From Candidatus Moraniibacteriota bacterium (GTDB lineage Bacteria > Patescibacteriota > Minisyncoccia > Moranbacterales > UBA1568), in contig CAVZUR010000002.1 in assembly GCA_963778555.1 (NCBI GenBank), forward strand, positions 37,817-101,816: a stretch of 64,000 bases of DNA, in the 5' to 3' direction. Under the pieces are notes generated by a model, which saw only the letters and a program-made list of their open reading frames with translations, did no database searches and had not been told where the DNA came from. The position numbers and the translations under genes are program-made. Positions 9,785 to 19,309 of this stretch are shown here, piece after piece; position 1 is the first letter of the stretch, and the number at the start of each line of letters is the position of its first letter.

Positions 9785-10186
9785 ATGCTTTGGATCAAGA
9801 CCTACCTCCTCACTATCCCGGTGTTTTTCGTGATTGACATGCTCTGGCTCGGTTTTTTCGCCAAGGATTTCTATCGTTCTCAGCTCGGCGTGCTCTTACG
9901 AACGGAGTTCAATTGGGCCGCAGCTGGGATTTTCTACGGAGTCTTCATTATTGGCATCCTTTTTTTCGCAGCTGCACCGGCGCTCGAATCGGGTGACTGG
10001 AAACATGCGCTCCTGAATGGAGCCCTATTTGGCTTCATGGCCTATGCGACGTATGATCTCACCAATTTGGCGACTCTACGGGACTGGCCACTGACTGTCA
10101 CGATTGTCGACATCGTATGGGGAACAGTGCTCTCGGGCCTTGTCGCACTCGCCTCATATCGGATCGCATTTTTCCTACAATCATAA
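9785..10186 (+). CDS. DUF2177-family membrane protein
   Basis: IDMLWLG, YATYDLTNLATL, DIVWG motifs. Confidence 0.8.
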   Translation: MLWIKTYLLTIPVFFVIDMLWLGFFAKDFYRSQLGVLLRTEFNWAAAGIFYGVFIIGILFFAAAPALESGDWKHALLNGALFGFMAYATYDLTNLATLRDWPLTVTIVDIVWGTVLSGLVALASYRIAFFLQS

Positions 10187-10198
10187 ACTTTGTGCCCA

Positions 10199-10564
10199 AT
10201 GCAGTTCAAAGACGCGTTTAAAGTCGCTTCAATACCAGTCATCATCGCGTCTTTATGCTGCCTTTCGCCGGTCATTCTGGTTCTTTTGGGCTTGTCTTCG
10301 GTCAGTTTTGCAGCCTCGCTTTCGAGTACGTTTTACGGCGAATATAAGTGGTTCTTTCGACTGGCGGGACTGCTCGCCCTCGTCAGCGCCTACATCTATC
10401 ATTTACGACGCCAGGGTATCTGCACGCTCGACCAGGCGAAGCGGGAGCGCCGCCGCGTCCTGAATGGCCTACTAGTCACTCTGATTGCCGGTGTGCTCGG
10501 TTACCTCTTCTTCCTCTACGTGGTGGTCGAGTATCTTGGGAAATGGCTTCAGATCTGGGAATAA
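10199..10564 (+). CDS. MerT-like small membrane protein
   Basis: ASLCC in first TM, three TMs, additional loop Cys. Confidence 0.5.
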   Translation: MQFKDAFKVASIPVIIASLCCLSPVILVLLGLSSVSFAASLSSTFYGEYKWFFRLAGLLALVSAYIYHLRRQGICTLDQAKRERRRVLNGLLVTLIAGVLGYLFFLYVVVEYLGKWLQIWE

Positions 10565-10623
10565 GATTGACTAATCGACCGAAACGTGCCAAGATAGCTT
10601 GATTCAGTACTAACCTTTATCGC

Positions 10624-11889
10624 ATGAGTTTTCATAACCTCGGTATTGCCCCCGGACTCCTCGCCATTATCGATGAACTCGGGTTCAAGACACCTACGCC
10701 TATCCAGGAACGTTCCATCCCAATTGCTATTACTGGCAAAGATGTCATGGGGATCGCGCAGACCGGCACGGGCAAGACGCTCGCATTTGGTATTCCAATG
10801 CTTGGACGCATTCTCGAAGACAAGACCCGTCAGGGACTCATCATGCTGCCGACGCGCGAGCTCGCGCTCCAGGTTGATGAGACATTTCAAAAAATCGGCC
10901 GCAAACTCGGCATCCGCACGGCGGTTCTTATCGGCGGCGACTCGATGGAAAAGCAGAAGCGCCAAATCCGTGCCAATCCGCACGTCATTATCGCGACACC
11001 GGGCCGTTTGAACGATCATCTCGGACAGCGGACAGTCCGACTCGATCAGGTGCGCATCCTTGTTCTTGATGAAGCGGACCATATGCTCGACATGGGTTTC
11101 GCGCCGCAGATTGCGGAGGTCGTGAAGCATGTGCCGAAAGAGCGCCAGACAATGCTCTTTTCCGCGACCATGCCCCATGAAGTCATCCGCCTCGCTACGT
11201 CCTATCTCAAAATCCCGACCCGCGTTGAAGTTGCCCCGCCCGGGACGGCCGTCGAGAAAGTCGCTCAGGAGCTTTTTTTCGTGCCACACATGGAAAAGCT
11301 CGACCTCCTCTTAAAACTCCTCAGCGAATACAAGGGAAGCGTGCTCGTCTTTACCCGGACGAAATTCATTGCTAAGCGCATCGCTCTTTCGCTTCGCAAC
11401 AAAGGCCATCAGGCGGTGGAGATTCACTCGAATCGCTCGCTCTCTCAGCGTCGGGAAGCCCTGGACGGCTTCAAGGCGGGCCGCTACCGCGTGATGGTAG
11501 CAACGGATATCGCGGCGCGTGGTATCGATGTCTCCGGCATCGAAGTTGTCATCAATTATGATTTGCCCGAAAAGGCCGAAGACTATGTGCACCGCATTGG
11601 TCGAACCGCGCGTGCTGGTCGCGAGGGTCGCGCCATCTCGTTTGCGACGCCTGACCAGAAAGGCAATGTCCGCGATATCGAACGACTTATGCGTATCACC
11701 TTGCCAGTCACGGGCGGTACTGTTCCGGCCGGCGAAATGAAGCCGATGCGGACGGTTCGTCGTCCCTCTTCCACGGTTCGTCCCGGTACTCGCCATTTCG
11801 GCCGCCGGCCGCTAAAGCTGTACAAACTGACGATTCAGTGCTACGTTCCTGGTACTTCTTTCCCAACCAACTGCGGAGGTTTGCCATGA
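10624..11889 (+). CDS. DEAD-box RNA helicase (true stop may be near 11815)
   Basis: PTPIQ, AQTGTGKT, PTREL, DEAD, SAT, ARGID, HRIGRTAR; last ~25 codons run through the next gene's promoter. Confidence 0.9.
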   Translation: MSFHNLGIAPGLLAIIDELGFKTPTPIQERSIPIAITGKDVMGIAQTGTGKTLAFGIPMLGRILEDKTRQGLIMLPTRELALQVDETFQKIGRKLGIRTAVLIGGDSMEKQKRQIRANPHVIIATPGRLNDHLGQRTVRLDQVRILVLDEADHMLDMGFAPQIAEVVKHVPKERQTMLFSATMPHEVIRLATSYLKIPTRVEVAPPGTAVEKVAQELFFVPHMEKLDLLLKLLSEYKGSVLVFTRTKFIAKRIALSLRNKGHQAVEIHSNRSLSQRREALDGFKAGRYRVMVATDIAARGIDVSGIEVVINYDLPEKAEDYVHRIGRTARAGREGRAISFATPDQKGNVRDIERLMRITLPVTGGTVPAGEMKPMRTVRRPSSTVRPGTRHFGRRPLKLYKLTIQCYVPGTSFPTNCGGLP

Positions 11890-12299
11890 CTGCACGGAAA
11901 CGGAAGCGGGGGATTCCGACTCCCCCTGCCAATTACATCGAGCTACGAATCCCGCTAGCCGGCATCAAGCCTGAAACGCCGATGGCCACCGTCAATGACC
12001 TCGTAAGGCCGTTGGTGTTGAAGGCGATTTTGCATCACCTCCACGGGTTTCCGAGTGAAATCGTACCCGATGAGGGAGCGGTGGAATGCGACTATTTTGC
12101 GATTGGCCGCTCGCAGGACCGATACGCAGGCCGCAGTCGCATCAATGTCCGCTACCGCCTGGCTCGGCCGCCGGCCAAGTCGAATGCACGACAGCGATTC
12201 AGCAATTACAGCCGTTCTCGCCATCTGTATGCCTGGATTGGCCGGGGCACGCTGGGAGGCATTGCATTGTTCGTGCGCGATCAGTTGATTCGCACCTAA
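11886..12299 (+). CDS. Orphan basic hypothetical protein (137 aa)
   Basis: SD GGAGGT 11875-11880, extended -10 TGcTACGTT 11839-11847, downstream terminator. Confidence 0.6.
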   Translation: MTARKRKRGIPTPPANYIELRIPLAGIKPETPMATVNDLVRPLVLKAILHHLHGFPSEIVPDEGAVECDYFAIGRSQDRYAGRSRINVRYRLARPPAKSNARQRFSNYSRSRHLYAWIGRGTLGGIALFVRDQLIRT

Positions 12300-12327
12300 G
12301 GAGGATGACCACATGCGTTCTCTTTTG

Positions 12328-12367
12328 AAGCTCTCGGCGCCGTACCGGCATCGAGAGCTTTTCATTT
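12328..12367 (+). terminator. Intrinsic terminator
   Basis: AAGCTCTCGGCGCCG/CGGCATCGAGAGCTT stem plus T-rich tail. Confidence 0.65.
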
Positions 12368-12395
12368 GTTCAGAAATGTATAGTATACGCAGAGT

Positions 12396-13199
12396 ATGGT
12401 AAAGCAGACTATTTTATTTATTGGCAGCCTGGCGCTTCTGATACTTAGCGTATTTTTTTCTTGGGATTACATGCTCGAGCGAGCGGATGAGGGCATGACA
12501 TTCGATCAAGGGCTCCCTGTACTGCCGATCGTTGAGGAAGTGCGTGTGATTCATGATGAACCAGTCCCGATTTCCGAAATCGCTCCTGAACCTCTAGCAG
12601 TTCCTGAACCGAAATCCTGGCCAGCTGTCCCCTTCATGGTTCAAGCACCGACGGGGGAGTGGGGGAGGAGTGAATTCCAGAACGGATGTGAGGAGGCTGC
12701 AACGCTGATGGTCTCGGCCTGGCGAATAGGGAAGACGTACTCGAAGGATGAAGCAAAGAGCGAGTTGGTCGCCATGGCACGTTTCCAAGAAAAAATGATC
12801 GGCCAAGGAGTCGACACGGACGCGAATGACACGGCAGCGCTTCTTCTCGGGGAGTATTTTACAATTACGGATTATCATCTGAGTTATGATTTTTCGTTGG
12901 ATGATCTGAAGCGGGCGTTGGCGGAGGGGCTGATTATTGTACCGACGAACGGTCAGACTTTGAAGAATCCCAACTTCACCCGGCCCGGACCGCTCCAGCA
13001 TATGCTCGTCATCGTGGGGTACGATCCGCTAGCCAAAGAATTCATCACCAATGATCCCGGTACGCGCAACGGCGAGGGTTATCGCTACGCAGAAGATGTT
13101 TTATATGCCGCCATCCGCGAGTATCCGACGGGCAAACATTTGCCCGTCAAAGGCCAGCGCAAGGCGATGATTGTCATTCCTGAACAGTCCAAGCCTTGA
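12396..13199 (+). CDS. Membrane-anchored C39-like cysteine peptidase
   Basis: PFxxQAP..W, CEEA, HMLVIVGYD, NDPG; N-terminal TM. Confidence 0.75.
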   Translation: MVKQTILFIGSLALLILSVFFSWDYMLERADEGMTFDQGLPVLPIVEEVRVIHDEPVPISEIAPEPLAVPEPKSWPAVPFMVQAPTGEWGRSEFQNGCEEAATLMVSAWRIGKTYSKDEAKSELVAMARFQEKMIGQGVDTDANDTAALLLGEYFTITDYHLSYDFSLDDLKRALAEGLIIVPTNGQTLKNPNFTRPGPLQHMLVIVGYDPLAKEFITNDPGTRNGEGYRYAEDVLYAAIREYPTGKHLPVKGQRKAMIVIPEQSKP

Positions 13200-13282
13200 T
13201 GTTTCTCGCTTTTGTGCTACCGTAGCAGCACTGTTTTCGAAGTTGTTTCCCAATCGCAACCCACCACTAGAGGAGGTCTTCC

Positions 13283-13705
13283 ATGACCGTCGCGAAAGTT
13301 AGTAAGCCGTCGCAGTTCACCGCGCGTATCAAGCATGATTTTTTCATCCACCCGATCGGGCAAATGACATCAGCGAGCACAATGCTGCTCTTGAAAGCGT
13401 TCAATCTAGGCGATTCAGACGCCGAAATGACACATCTGGAACTCGGTCCCAGGAAGAAGATTCCGGTCTGGCCAGTGACAATCGGGGCGATGTGGCAAGT
13501 GCATCAGTCCAGAGACTTCCATGTGCGGGAGCACTATCTTCTTTATCGGAGGAATCCCGCCACCAGAGCCGTGAGTCTCGTGCCGGATACGTATTTTCAC
13601 GGCGTTCGGACCAATCCCGTCGTCAAAGCAGCGCGACGCGCGCTGTCCGCCATCCACGCGGCCAGAACAAAACCAACCACGGCCAAAGCCGCTGCTAAGT
13701 GTTAG
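13283..13705 (+). CDS. Orphan basic hypothetical protein (140 aa)
   Basis: SD AGGAGGT 13271-13277, promoter TTGATG 13196-13201 / TGcTACCGT 13215-13223, terminator downstream. Confidence 0.65.
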   Translation: MTVAKVSKPSQFTARIKHDFFIHPIGQMTSASTMLLLKAFNLGDSDAEMTHLELGPRKKIPVWPVTIGAMWQVHQSRDFHVREHYLLYRRNPATRAVSLVPDTYFHGVRTNPVVKAARRALSAIHAARTKPTTAKAAAKC

Positions 13706-13729
13706 ACTTCAGTCCGAACACGGAGCGAG

Positions 13730-13770
13730 AAACCAGCCAGGGAGCAACTGTATCCCGGTTGGTTTTTTTT
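13730..13770 (+). terminator. Intrinsic terminator
   Basis: AAACCAGCC-A-GGGA / TCCC-GGTTGGTTT stem plus T-run. Confidence 0.7.
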
Positions 13771-13791
13771 ATGAGTGCTATACTTTTTCAT

Positions 13792-14535
13792 ATGGCTGTA
13801 CTTCGCTCTCGTAACATCTTTGATCCGAAAAGTGAGTCAGCGTTCAAGCTTTCGCGCTCCAAGATCGAGCAGTTCCTGTCTTGTCCACGCTGCTTCTATC
13901 TAGACCGGCGGCTCGGTGTGGGGCAGCCTCAGGGACCTCCCTTCAACCTGAATAAGGCGGTCGACACGCTTCTGAAGAAAGAATTCGATATTCATCGGGC
14001 TGCTTCGACACAGCATCCGCTCCTCGAAAAGTATGGCGTCGATGCACGGCCGGCGGCTCACGAGAATCTCGATATCTGGCGCGAGAACTTCCAGGGCGTG
14101 CAGTTCCATCATCTACCAACTAACTTCATCATCACAGGCGCGATCGATGATTTGTGGATCAATTCGCGAGACGAGTACATCGTGGTTGATTACAAAGCGA
14201 CGAGCAAAAATGAAGTGATTGATAAATTGAACGACGGCTGGCATCACGCGTATCGTCGTCAGATGGAGATTTATCAATGGCTCCTCAGGGCGAACGGCCA
14301 CACAGTTTCGTCGACGGGCTACTTCGTCTACTGCAATGCGGGGACGGACCACGAGGCGTTTGATGCGCGGCTCGAATTCGATATTCATCTCATCGCGTAT
14401 GAGGGGAATGACGATTGGGTCGAAGGTGTCATCTATCGCGCAAAAGAGTGCCTCATGGCAGACCAGGCGCCGGATGCGGCTCCTACCTGCGATTTCTGCG
14501 TCTATGCTGGCGCTCGAAGGGAGCGGGGCATATAA
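13792..14535 (+). CDS. PD-(D/E)XK nuclease (Cas4/AddB-like) with Cys ligands
   Basis: LSRSK..CPRCFY, GAIDD, VDYK, QMEIY, C-terminal CDFC. Confidence 0.8.
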   Translation: MAVLRSRNIFDPKSESAFKLSRSKIEQFLSCPRCFYLDRRLGVGQPQGPPFNLNKAVDTLLKKEFDIHRAASTQHPLLEKYGVDARPAAHENLDIWRENFQGVQFHHLPTNFIITGAIDDLWINSRDEYIVVDYKATSKNEVIDKLNDGWHHAYRRQMEIYQWLLRANGHTVSSTGYFVYCNAGTDHEAFDARLEFDIHLIAYEGNDDWVEGVIYRAKECLMADQAPDAAPTCDFCVYAGARRERGI

Positions 14536-14542
14536 AATAAAT

Positions 14543-14576
14543 AAAAACGGGCCGCATACTTTTCAATATGGGCCCG
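14543..14576 (-). terminator. Intrinsic terminator of minus-strand orphan
   Basis: CGGGCCCATAT...GTATG-C-GGCCCG-T5 on minus strand. Confidence 0.65.
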
Positions 14577-14598
14577 AGAAGTGGGGTCAGATAAACAA

Positions 14599-14844
14599 CT
14601 AGATGGGGAGCCGGAGCTGCTCCTTGGGTACGGCCACACGGGTGCGTTGCATCTTGGACTTTACAAGATCCTGAATGATTCGCCGATGTGCCAAGTAGCC
14701 GTCCGTGAAGGGGATTACCTGGTGCGGTCGAGCCGCTTTGGGAAACACCTGTTGAAACACGCTAACGTTGAAGACCGGCCCCATCCGCGCGATGACAGCA
14801 TCGCGGATCGTGTAGTAGTACTCAGGGTGATTGCGCAGAGACAC
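14599..14844 (-). CDS. Orphan 81-aa protein ending in QLRLPI
   Basis: GTG start with GGAGG (14854-14850), promoter TTGACT-17-TATAGT (14910-14882), terminator. Confidence 0.65.
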   Translation of the reverse strand: MSLRNHPEYYYTIRDAVIARMGPVFNVSVFQQVFPKAARPHQVIPFTDGYLAHRRIIQDLVKSKMQRTRVAVPKEQLRLPI

Positions 14845-15051
14845 AGTATCCTCCAGTGGTTTGTAAGTTTACGATGCTAATACTATACACCATCTAAATA
14901 ATAAAGTCAACCCCGCTAGAAGTAAGTCCGGCCCGTCTTGTCATCTGCGATAAGTATGGGCCTGCGTACGTATCCACTGGACACACGTGGTTGGTTTGCC
15001 ATACTGTGACCGTGACTTCCGACGGGATCAAAGAGTGTATGATACCCATTC

Positions 15052-16323
15052 ATGACCCACCTTTGGCAGAAGAAAATCAGTCTCAAACACTTTCTGAAAG
15101 AAAACACGCTGCCCGAAATTCCAGGGGTCTATTTTTTCCTGGGAGCGGGGGATGAGATTTTGTATATTGGCAAGGCAACCGTGCTCGCCGACCGGGTGAA
15201 GAGTTATTTCGGCCCGGACCTCGAAGCGACACGCGGGCCGAAGCTGATCCTTATGCGCGAGCGTGCCATCGCGATTGCTTGGATTGCGCTCGACTCAGTG
15301 CTCGAAGCGCTCCTGTTGGAGGGCCGACTGATAAAAAAATACCAACCAGCTTACAATTCGGATGCCAAGGATGACAAGAGCTACAACTTCGTGGTTATCA
15401 CCAAAGAAGCGTATCCTCGCATTCTGCTCGTGCGCGAACGCGATATCGAGACGGGGAAGTTCACGTTTCCCATCAGGGAAACATTTGGTCCCTACACGCG
15501 CGGCCAAGCGCTCCACGCAGCTCTCAAGATTGTGCGTCAGATTTTTCCGTATCGTGACAAATGCGTCCCGTATGCAGAGCTCACGCAGGAGCAGCGGAAA
15601 AAATCGCGGCCTTGTTTCCATGCCCAGATCGGACTTTGTCCCGGCGTCTGCGCTGGAACGGTAACGGCGGTGGGATATCGAAAGACCGTGAAGCGCATTG
15701 CACTCTTCTTCGGCGGCAAGAAAGCGCATCTCGTAAAAAATCTCGAGCGTGAAATGAAAGTTGCCGCCAAGGAACTGCGATTCGAGGAAGCGAATGAGAT
15801 CAAGAAGCTCTTGTTTAGTCTCGGCCATATCCGCGATGTCGCATTGATGAAGGCCGATCGCGAGGAAGGTTCAGCGGCGCGGATCGAGGCGTATGACACC
15901 GCGCACCTCCAAGGCGAAGCAACGGTCGGTGTCATGACGGTGGTGCAGTACGCGCTGGCGAAGAAAAGCGAATATCGGCTTTTCACGCTCCGCAACGCTC
16001 ATGGCGGCAACGACTTGTCGGCGCTTGAGGAGATTCTGACGCGACGTCTGGCGCACGGCGAATGGCCGTTGCCTGAGCTCATCGTGGTTGATGGGCCACT
16101 CTTGCAGTCAGATGTCGCGACGCGGATCCTGAAAAAAAAAGGTCTGACAATCCCCGTTGTCGGCGTAGTGAAAAATTCCAAGCACCAGCCTGATCGAATC
16201 ATCGGACCGCGCGGACTCGTGAAACGTTTTGAAAAAGACATCCTCTTCGCGAATGCCGAAGCGCATCGTTTCGCGATTGGTTTCCATCGGAAGAAGAAAC
16301 GCGAATCTTTTCTTCAAGGCTGA
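15052..16323 (+). CDS. uvrC: Excinuclease ABC subunit C, short form lacking C-terminal HhH
   Basis: GIY-YIG (PGVYFF..LYIGKA), Cys cluster, UVR coil, RIEAYD, VDG, EAHRFAI. Confidence 0.85.
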   Translation: MTHLWQKKISLKHFLKENTLPEIPGVYFFLGAGDEILYIGKATVLADRVKSYFGPDLEATRGPKLILMRERAIAIAWIALDSVLEALLLEGRLIKKYQPAYNSDAKDDKSYNFVVITKEAYPRILLVRERDIETGKFTFPIRETFGPYTRGQALHAALKIVRQIFPYRDKCVPYAELTQEQRKKSRPCFHAQIGLCPGVCAGTVTAVGYRKTVKRIALFFGGKKAHLVKNLEREMKVAAKELRFEEANEIKKLLFSLGHIRDVALMKADREEGSAARIEAYDTAHLQGEATVGVMTVVQYALAKKSEYRLFTLRNAHGGNDLSALEEILTRRLAHGEWPLPELIVVDGPLLQSDVATRILKKKGLTIPVVGVVKNSKHQPDRIIGPRGLVKRFEKDILFANAEAHRFAIGFHRKKKRESFLQG

Positions 16324-16484
16324 AATAATCTATTGCACGGGCGCGTTTTGATGATCTTTGATTGTATCCGGTCGCGTCTGGATGGAGCGATACTTTACCC
16401 ACGCCTGGAAACCTGGTACACTGGGAAGCAACTTGTTTCTATCGGTCATTCCTCAATTCTCTAGTTGTCTTTCTGGTCCGGACT

Positions 16485-19293
16485 ATGCCTGGAAAAAAGA
16501 GTGTCATCGAGATACGCGGAGCCCGGGTGAACAATCTGAAGAACGTGGACATCGACATTCCGCGCGATTGTCTCGTCGTTATCACCGGACTGTCGGGATC
16601 TGGGAAATCATCACTCGCTTTCGATACGCTGTACGCCGAGGCCAACCGGCGTTATGTCGAATCACTCTCGGCCTATGCGCGGAACTTCATGGAGGGCTAC
16701 GACAAGCCGGATGTCGATACGATAAAAAATCTTTCTCCGGCCATCTCGATCGACCAAAAGAGCGTCTCACGGAGTCCACGTTCGACGGTCGGGACCATGA
16801 CGGAAGTCTACGATTTTCTCCGTCTCCTCTTTGCCAAGGTCGGGAAGCCGCACTGTCCGAAATGCGGCCAGACGCTCTCGCGCAAGACCGCCGTAACCAT
16901 CTTGAATGAAATTCTGGCGCTGCCGAACGAATCGAACCTCGTCTTTGCGGCGGAAAGCCCGCTCCTCGCCGGGAAGAATTGGCAGCAGGCCATCGATCTG
17001 GTCGATGACTGGGGCTTTGTGCGTGTTTGGTACCGCGATGCGGCGGTCTTGCTTTCTGAGCTGCGGACGATCGTCGACCTGACGGCTCCGGCCGAGTGTT
17101 TGATTATCATCGACCGGATCGCGCTCGATACTGCCCGACCGGATAAAGAGCGCATGCTCGACTCGATTCATACCGCCTTTCAGACCGGTCAGGGTGTGAT
17201 GCGACTCTTGGCGGACGGGGAGCATTTTCATAATTACCATGAGCGCTATCGCTGCGAGGTCTGCCAGGTCGAGCTCCCGGAGTTTTCACCGGCGCACTTC
17301 TCGTTCAATAATCCCGAGGGTGCCTGCCCGACCTGCAGCGGCTTGGGCGTGACGTTGGAATTCGACCCGGCGCTCGTCATCCCGAACGATATGCTGTCGA
17401 TCTCCGAAGGGGCTATCCGTCCATGGAGCAAGATGAACAGCGATCGGGGAAATGGCAACGGTCCGATGGCACTCTTGCGGGAGATGGCAAAACGCGAGAA
17501 GATCTCGCTCGATATCCCGGTCAAGAAACTCACTGAGAAGCAGCGCGAGTATATCCTCCGTGGGGATGCAAAGCGTGATCTGGCGGATGAATTCGGTTTC
17601 CCGGGTGTTCTCGGCCTTTTGGAGCGGAAGTATCGCGAGACGAAGTCCGATCACCTGCGAGCGGAGATCGAAACCTTCATGTTCATGCAGCGTTGTCCGG
17701 ATTGTCTCGGGAAGCGGCTGCGCCGAGAGTCGCTTTCGGTCTTTGTGGGCGAGCGGAATGTCAGTGATTTTGTCAATCTTTCTATTGAAGAACTTATTGG
17801 ATTCTTCAAAAAGCTCCGGGGTACGCTGCTCCAGAGCGGGGAGGAGAAATCGCTCGTTGATCCATTGTTCAACGAGATGGAGATGCGGCTCACGGCCGTC
17901 GATAAGGTCGGTCTCGGCTATCTCTCGCTGTCGCGGAGCGCGGATACCCTTTCTGGCGGCGAAGCTCAGCGGATCCGGCTTTCGGTCCAGATCAAGTCCG
18001 GCCTTTCGGGCATCATCTATGTCCTGGATGAGCCGTCGGTCGGGCTGCATAGCCGCGATACGGACCGGCTCATCCGCGCGCTCGAAGAGCTCCGCGGTGC
18101 CAATAACTCACTCGTCGTAGTCGAGCATGACGTCTCGATTATGCGCAAAGCGGATTGGATCATCGATCTCGGACCCGGTGCTGGGAAAGAAGGCGGGGAG
18201 ATGATTTTCTCCGGCACCCCGGAGAAGCTGATGAAATCAAAAATGCTGACGGGACAATACCTCTCCGGCAAGCGTTCGGTCGTGAAAAAGGAGTCCCCCC
18301 GCCAGGGATCCGGCCGAGTCCTCTCGATTGAGGGCGCAACGGAACATAACCTGAAAAATGTGACCGTGGATATCCCGCTCGGGAAATTCGTCTCGGTCTC
18401 AGGCGTTTCGGGATCTGGCAAATCGACCCTGGTGCACGATATCCTCTCACGGGCGCTGGCCAGGCATTTTTATCAGGCCCGAACGGAGCCCGGCGCACAT
18501 CAAGCAATCAAGGGCATCGAGCACATCGACAAAGTGATCACCGTCACGCAGGATCCGATCGGGCGGACGCCGCGTTCCAATGCCGCGACGTATACCGGTA
18601 TTTTCAGTCTCATCCGGGACGTCTTTGCCGCGACTCCCGAAGCGCAGAAGGAACGGTATTCTGCTTCATATTTCAGTTTCAATATGCGCGGCGGACGCTG
18701 CGAAGTCTGCCAAGGCGGTGGATTGAAGAAAATCGAGATGTATCTCCTGCCCGGATGTCTATATTTCATGTGAGGTCTGCAATGGAACGCGCTACAACGC
18801 GAAGACGCTCGCAATCCAGTATCGGGGTATGCATATCTCCGAGGTTTTACGCATGACGGTCGCTGAGGCGCGGCACTTCTTTCTTGACCAACCGATGATC
18901 GAAGAGAAGCTCCGAGTTCTCGAAGAAGTCGGTCTCGGTTATCTCGTCTTGGGCCAGAGCGCACCTAACCTCTCGGGCGGAGAGGCGCAGCGTATCAAGC
19001 TCGCGACTGAACTCGCCCGGAAATCGACAGGCAAGACCCTGTATATTCTCGATGAGCCGACAATCGGACTGCACTTCGAAGACGTCCGGCGTCTGTTGGA
19101 GGTGCTCAACGCGCTGGTGGACAAGGGGAATACGGTCCTGGTCGTCGAACACAATACCGATGTGATCAAGGCCTCCGATTGGGTCATCGATATGGGACCG
19201 GATGGCGGTGACCGCGGCGGCATGATCGTCTATGCCGGGGTACCTGAAAAATTGAAAAAAATAAAAGCGAGTTTTACCGGGAAGTATCTCTAA
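16485..19293 (+). CDS. uvrA: Excinuclease ABC subunit A, frameshift near 18752
   Basis: [16 protein letters not shown], zinc fingers, two LSGGEAQR motifs, GVSGSGKST; removing one base at CCCGG restores [11 protein letters not shown]. Confidence 0.92.
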
Positions 19294-19309
19294 ACGTCCG
19301 ACGCCGCGT

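Noticed and set aside
11815-11889. C-terminal extension of the DEAD-box helicase
   Set aside because: Runs through the promoter and SD of the next cassette; a single indel near 11810 would end the protein at CGC TAA.
13699-14915. CRISPR-Cas adaptation module around the Cas4-like nuclease
   Set aside because: No cas1/cas2 and no direct-repeat array visible in the flanking intergenic DNA or elsewhere in the window.
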